DNA of 64,000 nucleotides from Bacillota bacterium (GCA_017397005.1 JAFQKJ010000140.1:7027-71026); one strand, 5' to 3'. Positions 37,186 through 47,262 are shown, counted from the first letter of the stretch. The notes: generated by a model from the sequence alone, not told the origin. A program made the numbers and translations.

Positions 37186-38595
37186 TTACGGTCTGCAAAT
37201 TTTACACGCTTCATACCCTTTATTTACTGCTTCTTCTCTGGTTGATATATTTACTCGGTTACCTAAGGATATCTTTTCTGCATAAGTGCAGGTGGATAAA
37301 TGGAACTTCTTAGAATTTGCATTTCCAACATACTGAGTAACTGTCACATCGGTATTGCCGTCTGAAACATAAAAGTCTCCTGCATCTCCTATATTCATAG
37401 TTTTGTTCGTACTGAATGAATACCCTGATCCGCTGGTAGTAAGTACGACATTTCCGCTTTTGCTGGTTCCATAAACCTTTGTTCCTCTGTCTAAAAGCCT
37501 TTGAAGAGTTTCCTTGTGAGGATGATCATAGCTGTTTCCTATCCCAGCACTGACCACCGCAACTTCCGGTTTTACAATTCTGAGAAATGCCGCAGAGGTA
37601 GAATATCTGGAGCCATGGTGGCCGACTTTTAACACATCTACATCAGAAAATTTATTAAGATTCTTTTCTTCTACTGTACTTCCCATATCCCCGGTCAAAA
37701 GCAATTTGAAATCCCCATAGCTTACCAAAGCTATTACAGAATTATCATTAGCACTTTCATAGTTATCCCCGGTTTCTATTATTTTGACAGTCACCGCTCC
37801 GCCAATATTTATAGTCATATCCTTATCATAGATGAATTCACAGCCTTCTGCTGCTGCTGCGTTATAATAAGAATTCGCTGTTGCAGTGTTTTTTATAAAC
37901 CCCGAATCTATGATCTGGTCAACTTCATAATCATTTATTACAATATCCAGACCGCCAACATGGTCCGCATCCGGATGCGTCGCTATTATATAGTCCAAAG
38001 AATAGTCGACATAAGGCTTGATGTAAGCACTTACAGTATCCCCATCTTTATTATTTCCTCCATCCACAAGGATCTCTGTAGTTCCGTAATCAAGGAATAT
38101 GGCATCAGCCTGACCAACATCTATAAAGTGCACCGTCAGATTTTTCTTTTCAACTGCGGTTTCGGAATCGCCTTCCATTGTTACGATTACAGTCTGTGTA
38201 GATGGATCCCAGTCTACCTTTGCTCCAAAAGCTTCAAGCACAGCCCTTATAGGAAGGTAAGTCCTGTTGTCTTTTATAACAGCTACAGTATCATTTTGTC
38301 TTTTTTCACCATTTACGAGAATGTAGCTCGATCCAACAGGAACTTCTACCAGTATGCCGTCTTTTTCAACAAGGGCGGTTTTTCTTGCATCATCCCAGTT
38401 TACCTCACATCCACAGCTTTCCATAGTTATCCTGAGAGGGACCTGAGTCCTGTTTGCTGCGTCAATAAAAGGTTCCCCGTATACTTCGTTAAACTCAACA
38501 CCTTTACCGTCTATATTTATATTTACAGCAAAAGCCATAACACTGCCTGCCAGCAGCACCGTCAGAAATATTAAAAAAGAGTAGATTTTTCTCAT
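37186..38595 (-). CDS. secreted MBL-fold (ComEC C-terminal-like) metallo-hydrolase, with an N-terminal copper-amine-oxidase-like stalk domain and a C-terminal Ada-like zinc module
   Basis: 469-aa ORF with a signal peptide. Cu_amine_oxidN1-like repeats (RTYLPIRAVLEAFGAKVDWD). MBL motifs (HFIDVGQADA, ATHPDADHVGG, KVGHHGS). The C-terminus is KKFHLSTC...YEACKICRP. Confidence 0.75.
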   Translation of the reverse strand: MRKIYSFLIFLTVLLAGSVMAFAVNINIDGKGVEFNEVYGEPFIDAANRTQVPLRITMESCGCEVNWDDARKTALVEKDGILVEVPVGSSYILVNGEKRQNDTVAVIKDNRTYLPIRAVLEAFGAKVDWDPSTQTVIVTMEGDSETAVEKKNLTVHFIDVGQADAIFLDYGTTEILVDGGNNKDGDTVSAYIKPYVDYSLDYIIATHPDADHVGGLDIVINDYEVDQIIDSGFIKNTATANSYYNAAAAEGCEFIYDKDMTINIGGAVTVKIIETGDNYESANDNSVIALVSYGDFKLLLTGDMGSTVEEKNLNKFSDVDVLKVGHHGSRYSTSAAFLRIVKPEVAVVSAGIGNSYDHPHKETLQRLLDRGTKVYGTSKSGNVVLTTSGSGYSFSTNKTMNIGDAGDFYVSDGNTDVTVTQYVGNANSKKFHLSTCTYAEKISLGNRVNISTREEAVNKGYEACKICRP

Positions 38596-38678
38596 TGCCT
38601 GCTCCTCCTTTTAGTAAACATAGCAAAACTTTACCAAATAAAATCAGAAAAGTCTATTTGTTTACCAGAAAAATCAGC

Positions 38679-38705
38679 AAAGGAGAAGCTTTACACTTCT
38701 CCTTT
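38679..38705 (-). terminator. intrinsic terminator overlapping the stop codon of the homocysteine methyltransferase gene
   Basis: On the minus strand: AAAGGAGAAG-UGUAAAG-CUUCUCCUUU, followed by GCUGAUUUUUC. The TAA stop lies in the loop. Confidence 0.6.
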
Positions 38706-39620
38706 TAATCTTTTTGCTATTTCTTCCATATGCCTGCTGTCCGTTCCGCAGCAGCCTCCGAATATTTTTATATCCATTACGTCCTTCAGTTTTAACATAT
38801 CTTCTGCAAAACTTTCAGGATCGGCAGTCTTAAGTTCTTTCGCATTGTCAAGCTCTTCGTATGATAACAAAGAAGTATTTCCCTGTACTCCTCTGAATCG
38901 TCTCTTAACGATCTCCTTTTGGCTGATATCTTTTTCCAAAGCTTCCATAACATGCCTTGGGTGTATGCAGTTTGTCATATAACATAACGGCGGTTTTTCT
39001 GCATTTTCATCTATGTACTCAATAGCTTCCGCCAGCGGTGTCCCATCTATAAGAGTCCCGCTTTTATCTATAGTAAAACTTATTATGTACGGCAGCCCTG
39101 TATAGGAAACCGCTTTTGCTATCCCTGCCGCTTCAGGCAAAGCCGGGATCAAAGCTGCATATATAAAATCAGCCTGCGCTCTTTTAAAAAGTTCTGCTTC
39201 CCATCTGTGAAAAACTTCAGACTCTGCCTCTGAAAGGCATCCTTTACCGGTATATGCGTCTCCGGCACACCCCATTAAACCTCCTGCATACATTTTTATA
39301 CCAGAAGCTTTCCCTACACTTCTTAGATTTTCCACATTGTCCTTTATTATAGCTTCATCATATCTTCCTTGATACACTCTCGTTTTATTGGATCTTCTCG
39401 TCGGCGTAGTTGCCATAAAAGGCAAAGCATATTTTCTCGCTATATCGATATACTCTTCCCACAGTTCTTTAAGTGCTTTTTTTGAAGCAGGCTGATATAC
39501 CATAGCTCCAAGATCCACATAAGGATCAAGAGTCAGTCCATATTCTCTTTTTAACCGTTCTCCCAAAGCCCCTTCCATAAGGATAGCAGGCTCTTTTTCA
39601 AAACATTCTCTGATATCCAT
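38691..39620 (-). CDS. homocysteine S-methyltransferase family protein
   Basis: The start is MDIRECFEKEPAILMEGALGERL at 39620. The track ORF extends to 39686 and overlaps azlD. The C-terminal GGCCGTDSRH zinc-site motif is typical of Hcy-binding domains. Confidence 0.8.
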   Translation of the reverse strand: MDIRECFEKEPAILMEGALGERLKREYGLTLDPYVDLGAMVYQPASKKALKELWEEYIDIARKYALPFMATTPTRRSNKTRVYQGRYDEAIIKDNVENLRSVGKASGIKMYAGGLMGCAGDAYTGKGCLSEAESEVFHRWEAELFKRAQADFIYAALIPALPEAAGIAKAVSYTGLPYIISFTIDKSGTLIDGTPLAEAIEYIDENAEKPPLCYMTNCIHPRHVMEALEKDISQKEIVKRRFRGVQGNTSLLSYEELDNAKELKTADPESFAEDMLKLKDVMDIKIFGGCCGTDSRHMEEIAKRLKGEV

Positions 39621-39652
39621 TTTGATCTTCCTATTATAATTCCTACTTGTTT

Positions 39653-39982
39653 TTAAAACACAGCTTGGATCAGGATCATATAACAAGCGGTTCCTCCTAT
39701 GATACTTATCAAAGTATTACGCTTCCACAAATGCAGCGCCACTACTGCCGCCACCGCTATCAGCTCCGGCAGGCCATGAGGAGCCGTAAAAACAGACACT
39801 CCTTTAAGGCAGTATACCACCAGCATTGCTATCATAGCCGGCGGAAGCACCTTGCCAAGATAGCTTATCACTGCAGGTGTTTCTTTACCGCCCGGGAAAA
39901 TTATAAAAGGAAGGAATTTTATAGCCATAGTGAGGACACTCATTACAGCGATCAAAATGAGGGAATGCTGTACATCTATCAT
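39653..39982 (-). CDS. azlD: branched-chain amino acid transporter AzlD-family small subunit
   Basis: 109-aa hydrophobic ORF immediately after the azlC-like gene. Confidence 0.75.
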   Translation of the reverse strand: MIDVQHSLILIAVMSVLTMAIKFLPFIIFPGGKETPAVISYLGKVLPPAMIAMLVVYCLKGVSVFTAPHGLPELIAVAAVVALHLWKRNTLISIIGGTACYMILIQAVF

Positions 39983-40695
39983 TATTCTTCTCCCTCCTCT
40001 TCTATTTTTATCTTTCCTCTAAGCATTACCAGTACAAAAGTAATAACGATTATAGCCGGGATCAGGAATATCTCTTCACCGAATATAAGAAGGCTAAGAA
40101 AAGTCACTCCTATTCCCAAATATGCCGGTCTTCTTTCTTTGTTATTTAGGATCTGTTCAAGGAGCAGCACCACGAAAAGTGCGGTCATTGCAAAATCTAT
40201 GCCTGTTGTATCAAATGGTATTATTGGTCCAAGCAGGCCTCCTGCTGCACAGCCTATTACCCACCAAATCTGATCAAACAGTGTAACAAATACATAGTAC
40301 GGTTTTTTATTTACGTTCTTAGGGATTATACTGTCGCTGCTGACCAGCGAGTAGCTCTCATCCACCAGCCCGTATATCAAATAGAGTTTTAATTTTCCCA
40401 TTCCTTTGTACCTGTCCAGCATAGACAGGGAGTAAATAAACTGTCTGGCATGAATAGTAAGTGTGATTATAGCTGTAGTCAGTACAGATGCACCTGAAGA
40501 AAGGAGCCCTACTGCCGCAAACTGAAGCGAACCTCCAAAAATGGCTACGCTCATGAGTACCGGCCATATCCAGGAGTATCCCGCATCGGACATCATCACA
40601 CCAAATCCTATCCCAAGCACTATATAACTCGGCATTATGGCCATAGATTTTTCCAATGCAAATTTTATGTCTTTAGATAATGAATTCTTTTCCAT
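39982..40695 (-). CDS. azlC: AzlC-family branched-chain amino acid permease subunit
   Basis: 237-aa polytopic ORF paired with azlD. An AzlC-like segment is GGSLQFAAVGLL. Confidence 0.78.
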   Translation of the reverse strand: MEKNSLSKDIKFALEKSMAIMPSYIVLGIGFGVMMSDAGYSWIWPVLMSVAIFGGSLQFAAVGLLSSGASVLTTAIITLTIHARQFIYSLSMLDRYKGMGKLKLYLIYGLVDESYSLVSSDSIIPKNVNKKPYYVFVTLFDQIWWVIGCAAGGLLGPIIPFDTTGIDFAMTALFVVLLLEQILNNKERRPAYLGIGVTFLSLLIFGEEIFLIPAIIVITFVLVMLRGKIKIEEEGEE

Positions 40696-40704
40696 ACAAC
40701 TTCC

Positions 40705-41460
40705 TTATTCGTAAATATTTATTCTTATATACTGCCTGTCCTTACGGCTTTTGCCGCCTATCTCTGCAAGACAGCATTTGCCTTTTCCCCTATAAGCTAT
40801 GACATCTCCTTCTTTGATCTGGAGATCTGCTTTCTCTGTCTGTATATTTCCTACAAAAATCAGTCCGGACTTTATTGCCGCCGCCGCAGTAGTCCTGGGG
40901 ACATTAAACGCAGAAGATATTATATTATCCAGCCTTAAAGACGCCACAGTATCTATTTTTTCTCTAAACTTCTGCTCCGGCACCCGTATCTCATTTAAAG
41001 AGATCTTCTCTGCCTCCAGATATACCCTTCCTGCTTTCGAAAAATTCAACAGTATATAATCACAAATTTCTTCCAAAACTATTATGTCTGCTCCGCCAGA
41101 CCTTACCAGTATATCTCCTATGCACTCTCTTTTTATCCCAAGGCCCATAAGGGCACCTAAATAATCACGATGACTGAGATCCCCTGCTTTCTGAGGCTTG
41201 TTTATCCTTACAGCGGACAAAGGTCCTGCCTCATCCTCATCCACATATTCAGGAAGAAACATAAGTATACAGCGTTCCGCCTGAGGATAGCCCCCTCGAA
41301 AGACCCAATTCTTCGCTGTGCATTTTTTCAAATGTATTTCTGCCACAGATCTTTGCCTTACATCAAGAAAAGCGGTATTAGTTATCATATACCGCTCTTC
41401 ACACTGTTCTCGTTTATCTTCGATCCCGGCAATAAGAAGTTTATCTTCATCCATATGCAT
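40705..41460 (-). CDS. ylmH: YlmH-like RNA-binding protein with a C-terminal S4 domain
   Basis: 251-aa ORF. The S4-like segment is RLDNIISSAFNVPRTTAAAAIKSGLIFVGN. The layout is typical of YlmH. Confidence 0.65.
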   Translation of the reverse strand: MHMDEDKLLIAGIEDKREQCEERYMITNTAFLDVRQRSVAEIHLKKCTAKNWVFRGGYPQAERCILMFLPEYVDEDEAGPLSAVRINKPQKAGDLSHRDYLGALMGLGIKRECIGDILVRSGGADIIVLEEICDYILLNFSKAGRVYLEAEKISLNEIRVPEQKFREKIDTVASLRLDNIISSAFNVPRTTAAAAIKSGLIFVGNIQTEKADLQIKEGDVIAYRGKGKCCLAEIGGKSRKDRQYIRINIYE

Positions 41461-42653
41461 TATTTATTTAAAACCTCTATTGCTTTCTGGAGCTGACGGT
41501 CATTTACAACCACTCCATCTTCAATATCTTCTTCTTTAAGCTCTGAAACAACATCCGGTGTTATGCCCTTTTTATGTATAACTTCTCCGTTAGATGTGAA
41601 ATACTGAGCAATCGTTATTTCTGCCCCGTCTCCGTTAGTAAGTCTCCAGGATTTCTGGATTATTCCTTTTCCAAAAGTAGTTTCTCCCAGCACAGTTCCT
41701 TCTTCATTGCACTGAATGCCGGCTGCAAGGATCTCTGACGCGCTTGCCGTTCCCTTATTTACCAGCACTACATATTTTAAAGGAGTTCTTCCGTCTTTTG
41801 TTTTATAATATGTTTTTTCACCTTTACCGTCTTCAGCGTAAACCACAACAGCTTCATTCATGAGCATATCTGCGATCTCAACGCTTTCATTGACGAGGCC
41901 GCCCCCGTTGGATCTGATATCTATTACAAGTCCTGAAACATTTTTCTTTTCCAAAGATGCCAGTTCTTCTTCAAAGAGCTCTGAAGTATTTGCCACAAAA
42001 GAAGTGATGCGTATATATCCTATATTATTCTCTATAACATTTGAATAAACCGACACATCTTCTATCGGCGCTCTTTTAAGCTCAAAATGCATTATTTCCC
42101 CGTCTCTGCTGACAGTCATTTTGACCTTAGTGCCTTTTGGCCCTCTTAAAGCTTCCGCAGCCTGACTAAGCTCTTCCCCGCTGTATCTTACGTCATCTAC
42201 AGCAACGATGATATCTCCATCCTTGACTCCCGCTTTTTTCGCAGGCGAGTCATCCATAACAGAGATGATCTGTATGTATCCTTCCTCTGAAGCATTCATA
42301 CTCACGCCGACTCCGTCAAATTCACCGGAAAAATATTTTTCCTGGCTTTCACGCTCTTCCTTGGTCAGATATTTAGTATATGGATCGCCTGTTCCTTCAA
42401 ACAGTCCCTTGTACATCCCTAAAGCCAAATCTTCCTCATTCAAATCCTCATAATAATTCGCTTCAAGGAAATCGTACAACGAGTCTAACTCCGCATATCT
42501 TGTGGCGGCAGTTTTCATTTTCTGATACTCCGTCAAAGATACAAAAGCTTTATCTCCTATTCCCACATTAAACAAGCTCATAAATCCGATAGTTCCCACC
42601 ACCGTTACCACAAAGGTTATACAGCAGGCAGCAATTATTCTTTTCTTTCCCAT
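41460..42653 (-). CDS. S41-family carboxy-terminal processing peptidase (Ctp) with a PDZ domain
   Basis: 397-aa ORF with an N-terminal anchor, a PDZ segment (SPAKKAGVKDGDIIVAVDD) and catalytic motifs (NKGTASASEI, GTVLGETTFGKG). Confidence 0.88.
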   Translation of the reverse strand: MGKKRIIAACCITFVVTVVGTIGFMSLFNVGIGDKAFVSLTEYQKMKTAATRYAELDSLYDFLEANYYEDLNEEDLALGMYKGLFEGTGDPYTKYLTKEERESQEKYFSGEFDGVGVSMNASEEGYIQIISVMDDSPAKKAGVKDGDIIVAVDDVRYSGEELSQAAEALRGPKGTKVKMTVSRDGEIMHFELKRAPIEDVSVYSNVIENNIGYIRITSFVANTSELFEEELASLEKKNVSGLVIDIRSNGGGLVNESVEIADMLMNEAVVVYAEDGKGEKTYYKTKDGRTPLKYVVLVNKGTASASEILAAGIQCNEEGTVLGETTFGKGIIQKSWRLTNGDGAEITIAQYFTSNGEVIHKKGITPDVVSELKEEDIEDGVVVNDRQLQKAIEVLNK

Positions 42654-44347
42654 TATTTTAAGCTCCTTCTAAAATCTATAGGTATGAACTGTATATTATA
42701 TGTTCCTCCGCGGTAATTCATATTAACTCTGCCGGCAAAATCAAAAAGTTTGCCTTCAATAGAAAGCCCTCTGAAAAGACTTTCGCCATTAAACATTATG
42801 CACTCCAAAGAATTTCCCATAATATCTTTCATGAAAAATCTGCAGTGTTCTTTCTCTTTCCCTACATATTTTAAATCGTGGATATAGACTTTCTCTACCA
42901 TAAATATCGGTCTTTGGTTTTTCTGGCCGAAAGGTTCAAGTTTTTCTATCATCCATCCAAAATCGTTATCTGCTTCCTCAAGCTTTAAAATATCGTCGAT
43001 AAACAATACTTCATCCAAAAGCCCCGGTTCCGATTCTTTCATCCTTGCTATTTCTTCTTCTGTGCCTGCTCTGAAAGCTTCCAGATTTTCCTTTTCAATA
43101 GCGAATCCGCAGGCCGCTCTGTGTCCGCCGAAATTCACAAGTTTATCTTCCTGACTCTTTAAGAGGTCATACAGATTTATTGTATCAACACTTCTTCCTG
43201 TGCCTTTTAATATCCCGGTTTCTTTATTCTCTGTAACGATAAGGACCGGTCTGGAAAATTCTTCTTTAAGTTTTCCGGCTACTATTCCCGCAACACCTTC
43301 ATGTATATCTTCGCCTGAAACCAGTATCAGATTTCCCGGTTTTTTTTCCTGAAGATGGCTTTTGGCCAGTTCAAAACCCTTTATCTGAAGGTTTTTTCTC
43401 AAATTATTGTTTTCTATAAGTTTTTGCGCCAGCTGTTCGCAGCGTTCTTCCTCAGTTTCCATGAGCAGAAGCAGGCTTTCTTTTGCTGTATCGACTCTTC
43501 CTCCTGCATTGATGTGTGGACCTATTATAAACGCAATATCAGAAGCGCAAATGGTTTTACTGTCCAGTCCGATTGCCTTGATAAGACAGTCAAGCCCCGG
43601 TCTTTTACTATGATTAACAGCCTTCAATCCATATTTTACAAAAGTCCTGTTCTCATCCAAAAGAGGCACTATATCCGCCACTGTAGCTATGGCTACAAGA
43701 TCCAAACCTTTTTTCAAAGTCTTTTTTCCAAGACCGCAAGTCCTCTGAAGTGCCTGTATAAGTTTATACGCTACTCCGCATCCGCATAATTCCTTATATG
43801 GATATTCACATCCCGGCTGCTTCGGGTTGATCACTATGCAGTCAGCGATTTTGTCCCCTGCAGTATGATGATCCGTTATTATCACATCAAGCCCCAGCTG
43901 CTTTGCATACTCAACTTCTTCATATGCAGAAATACCGCAGTCCACAGAAAGAAGCAGTCCTGCTCCATCGTTTTTTATCTTTTCTATCGCAGTTTTGTTT
44001 ATCCCGTATCCTTCTTCATGCCTTACAGGAATGTACCAAGCAAGATCATTCGTAAGGTTTTTCAAAAACTCAAAAACGAGGCATATCGCTGTAACTCCGT
44101 CAACATCGTAGTCTCCGTAGATGCAAATTTTACTGCCTCTCGCTATATGGTATTTGATTTTTTCAACTGCCTCATGCATTCCTTTTAATAAAAACGGGTC
44201 ATAAGTCCTGAGAGGTTCGTCGGAAAGAAACTCTCGGATATCTTCCTCACTGCGCATTCCCCTGTTATATAAAAGATGGGCTATATTTGGATGAATCCCC
44301 TCAAATTGAGGGGATCCACTATGATCATTTAAAATCCATTTTTTCAT
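42653..44347 (-). CDS. recJ: single-stranded-DNA-specific exonuclease RecJ
   Basis: 564-aa ORF with DHH motifs (GDYDVDGVT, VITDHH) and DHHA1 (GGHRAACG). Confidence 0.9.
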   Translation of the reverse strand: MKKWILNDHSGSPQFEGIHPNIAHLLYNRGMRSEEDIREFLSDEPLRTYDPFLLKGMHEAVEKIKYHIARGSKICIYGDYDVDGVTAICLVFEFLKNLTNDLAWYIPVRHEEGYGINKTAIEKIKNDGAGLLLSVDCGISAYEEVEYAKQLGLDVIITDHHTAGDKIADCIVINPKQPGCEYPYKELCGCGVAYKLIQALQRTCGLGKKTLKKGLDLVAIATVADIVPLLDENRTFVKYGLKAVNHSKRPGLDCLIKAIGLDSKTICASDIAFIIGPHINAGGRVDTAKESLLLLMETEEERCEQLAQKLIENNNLRKNLQIKGFELAKSHLQEKKPGNLILVSGEDIHEGVAGIVAGKLKEEFSRPVLIVTENKETGILKGTGRSVDTINLYDLLKSQEDKLVNFGGHRAACGFAIEKENLEAFRAGTEEEIARMKESEPGLLDEVLFIDDILKLEEADNDFGWMIEKLEPFGQKNQRPIFMVEKVYIHDLKYVGKEKEHCRFFMKDIMGNSLECIMFNGESLFRGLSIEGKLFDFAGRVNMNYRGGTYNIQFIPIDFRRSLK

Positions 44348-44351
44348 TTTA

Positions 44352-45509
44352 TCAGCCGCCGAGATAAGGCATCGGATTTGTGTGCTTTCCGTTTATCCTT
44401 ATTTCAAAGTGGCAGTGAGGACCGGTGGAATTGCCGGTGGAGCCGATCTTAGCGATCTGCTGTCCCTTTGATACTTTCTGACCTTTTGATACCAGCAATG
44501 CGCTGTTATGTGCATAAAGTGAAGATATTCCGCCGCCATGGTCAATGATGACAGTGTTTCCGTAGCCGCTGTACCATCCGGAATAAATTACTGTTCCGCT
44601 GTTTCCTGCCACACATTTTGTACCCTGTGCTGCCGCAAAGTCTACACCTGTATGCATCTTCTTTGTTCCGGTAATAGGATGTATTCTGTATCCGTAATAG
44701 GAAGAGATCCTTGTGTATGAAGGTGCCGGTAAGCAGAAAGATCCGCCTACGAAAGTAGGATTTGACAATGTGCTTCCGTTGCTTCCGTTTCCTTTATTCT
44801 GCTCTGCCTGGATCAATGATGTGATCTGGGCAGCTGCAGCATTAAGTCCATCTATCAATGCATTCTGTGCATCGATGTCTTTCTGAACATCTGCTCTTAA
44901 AGCTTCGACTTCGCTCTTATCGCTTTCCAGTGCTGCTTTCTGCACTTCAAGCTGTTCCTGTTTTACTTCAAGCTCTTTATTGAGAGTTTCCAGTTCTCTC
45001 TTTGTTTCAGCGATCTCATCATACTGTTTCTGGAGAAGATCCATAAAATCTTCATCCTGTTTGTAGATACGTGTGATCATATCTAAATTTGTCATCAGTT
45101 CAGAAAAGCTTCCTGAACCTAAGAGAACTTCTATGTAACCGATCTCGCCGTTTTTATACATAGCTCTGAGTCTTGCATTAAGATCTTCGTTCTGTTTTAC
45201 GATCTCAGCACTCTTTACATCAAGCTCTTCTTTTTTCTTTTCGATGTCTGTAAGTGTCTGCTGTATGTCCGCAATAGTCTGAGTTATATCATTCTGAGTC
45301 ACATTGATCTGATAGTCTAAAGAATTGATCTGACTTGTAAGTGAGTTCGCTTCTTTTTTTGACGCATTCAGCTGTGCTTTTGCATCAGAAAGCTGCTGGT
45401 TTAAATTATTCAGTTTTTGCTGATTTGTTAAAGCGTATGAACTTGCTGTTCCCACCACCAGTGACAGTATCAGGACCATTACTACAGCTATGGTTAATCT
45501 TTTCTTCAT
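44352..45509 (-). CDS. M23-family peptidoglycan metalloendopeptidase with an N-terminal coiled coil (EnvC/PcsB-like position after ftsEX)
   Basis: 385-aa ORF with a signal peptide and a long heptad-rich region. The C-terminal M23 motifs are HTGVDFAA and GPHCHFEI. Confidence 0.85.
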   Translation of the reverse strand: MKKRLTIAVVMVLILSLVVGTASSYALTNQQKLNNLNQQLSDAKAQLNASKKEANSLTSQINSLDYQINVTQNDITQTIADIQQTLTDIEKKKEELDVKSAEIVKQNEDLNARLRAMYKNGEIGYIEVLLGSGSFSELMTNLDMITRIYKQDEDFMDLLQKQYDEIAETKRELETLNKELEVKQEQLEVQKAALESDKSEVEALRADVQKDIDAQNALIDGLNAAAAQITSLIQAEQNKGNGSNGSTLSNPTFVGGSFCLPAPSYTRISSYYGYRIHPITGTKKMHTGVDFAAAQGTKCVAGNSGTVIYSGWYSGYGNTVIIDHGGGISSLYAHNSALLVSKGQKVSKGQQIAKIGSTGNSTGPHCHFEIRINGKHTNPMPYLGG

Positions 45510-45527
45510 TGTTGGTGTATCTCCTTT

Positions 45528-46418
45528 CTATGCACGCAGGAACCTTCTCATGGAAAGGATACTTCCCAAGGAACCTATGCATACTCCCAATGCCACGAAT
45601 ATTATTACGATGTTTTGAATAATGAATTCAAACGGAACCATTCCGCTGCTGAAAATAATAAGCACTTTTTCAGCAAACAGTTTAACTACCTGATAATATC
45701 CAAATCCTACTATTGCCGCAGCAATGATGGATGCGATAAATCCGATTATTATACCTTCTACCAGGAACGGGCCTCTTACGAACCAGTTCGTAGCTCCCAC
45801 ATATTTCATGATCTGGATCTCTTTTTCTCTGGCATGTACAGTAAGTTTTATTGTGTTTGATACAACGATGATGGAAACAATGACCAGTATGATTATCAGT
45901 ACTAAAGCTCCCGTTTCTATATATCTTGTGATGGTAAGGATCTTATCTATAGTTTCCTGATGGAATTTAACTTCCTCAACACCGCGCATCTTTTCTACAG
46001 CTTTTACTATTTCTCCTTCATACTGAAGATCTGTAGAAGTGATCTCAATAGTTGCCGGGAATGGATTGTCCACCAGCCCGTCCAAGAGATAGGAATTTTC
46101 TCCCCATCTGGTCTTCATTATAGCCAGTGCTTCTTCTTTAGTGATGTATCTTGCATCTGCAACATATTCCATGGTTTCTATTTCATCCACCATTTCCAAT
46201 GCTTTTTCTGCACTCACCTCATCCTCTAAATACACCTGGATGGTTTCAAACTGATTTTCTGCATTTTCAGCCATAAGATTAACATTTACCATCAGAGTGA
46301 AGAATAGTCCCAGGATGAGCATCATCGCAGTAATGGCAAATACCGATGCGGTACTCATATTTTTATTTCTTCCGATCTGAGCGAAGGCCTGTCTGATGGT
46401 ATAACTAAATGCTCTCAT
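45528..46418 (-). CDS. ftsX: cell division permease-like protein FtsX
   Basis: Four-TM topology with a large first extracellular loop. The FtsX-like N-terminus MRAFSYTIRQAFAQIGRNK starts at 46418. The track start at 46442 is the alternative. Confidence 0.85.
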   Translation of the reverse strand: MRAFSYTIRQAFAQIGRNKNMSTASVFAITAMMLILGLFFTLMVNVNLMAENAENQFETIQVYLEDEVSAEKALEMVDEIETMEYVADARYITKEEALAIMKTRWGENSYLLDGLVDNPFPATIEITSTDLQYEGEIVKAVEKMRGVEEVKFHQETIDKILTITRYIETGALVLIIILVIVSIIVVSNTIKLTVHAREKEIQIMKYVGATNWFVRGPFLVEGIIIGFIASIIAAAIVGFGYYQVVKLFAEKVLIIFSSGMVPFEFIIQNIVIIFVALGVCIGSLGSILSMRRFLRA

Positions 46419-47091
46419 CTTCTCTATACGCCCCCTCTGCATCTCTGACTACTCTGCCTTTTTCTATAGCTATTACTCGTTTACCCATTCTGTCAACGAT
46501 ATCCTTTGCATGGGTAACCATTACGATAGTAGTCCCTTTTTCATTTATAGTCTTGATCAGCTCCATGATCTCCCAAGCCGTATCCGGATCAAGATTTCCT
46601 GTAGGCTCGTCCGCGATAAGTACAGACGGATTGTTTACTATAGCTCTTGCTATAGCCACTCTCTGTTGTTCTCCCGCTGACAGCTGATGAGGATACTGCT
46701 CTGCTTTTGAACTGATACCCACAAGGCTCAGCACCTGAGGCACCTGTCTTTTTATATCTTTTCTAGAAGCATGGATTATCTCCATAGCAAATGCGACATT
46801 TTCATAAACCGTTTTCTTTGGAAGAAGACGGAAATCCTGGAATACGATCCCGATATTTCTTCTGTGTGCAGGAACCAGTCTGGCAGGAAGGCTTGTAACT
46901 TCTCTTTCCCCAACAAAGATGATCCCTTCATCGGCTTCGATCTCTTTAAGCAATAATTTTATACAAGTGGATTTCCCTGCTCCGCTTGGTCCAACCAGGA
47001 ACACGAATTCTCCTTTTTCTATCTTTAAGTCAAGGTTTTCAATTGCCACATTATTCCCGTATTTTTTTGTAACGTTCTGGAATTCTATCAT
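46405..47091 (-). CDS. ftsE: cell division ATP-binding protein FtsE
   Basis: 228-aa ORF with Walker A GPSGAGKST, the signature LSAGEQQR and Walker B LIADEPTGNLD. Confidence 0.92.
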   Translation of the reverse strand: MIEFQNVTKKYGNNVAIENLDLKIEKGEFVFLVGPSGAGKSTCIKLLLKEIEADEGIIFVGEREVTSLPARLVPAHRRNIGIVFQDFRLLPKKTVYENVAFAMEIIHASRKDIKRQVPQVLSLVGISSKAEQYPHQLSAGEQQRVAIARAIVNNPSVLIADEPTGNLDPDTAWEIMELIKTINEKGTTIVMVTHAKDIVDRMGKRVIAIEKGRVVRDAEGAYREDESI

Positions 47092-47262
47092 TTTTCCTTG
47101 TCCTTTTCTTTCACCAAATAATTGACATGAATAATGGTTATTATATAATTATTTTAACTTTTTTTCTACAAAAAAGCCTGTAAAAACACCAATTGTTCAC
47201 AAAACTTTATGCTTTTGTCACAAAATTTTCATCAAAAAAACTATATAGAGGATATTTTTCAT

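Noticed and set aside
37154-38705. The two hairpins with the same AAAGGAGAAG/CTTCTCCTTT stems flanking the MBL hydrolase gene, read as inverted-repeat boundaries of a mobile element.
   Set aside because: Each is positioned and tailed like an ordinary intrinsic terminator. One arm of the second hairpin is coding (KGEV-stop). The stems are short, purine-rich SD-like sequences that can recur by chance. There are no target-site duplications and no transposase.
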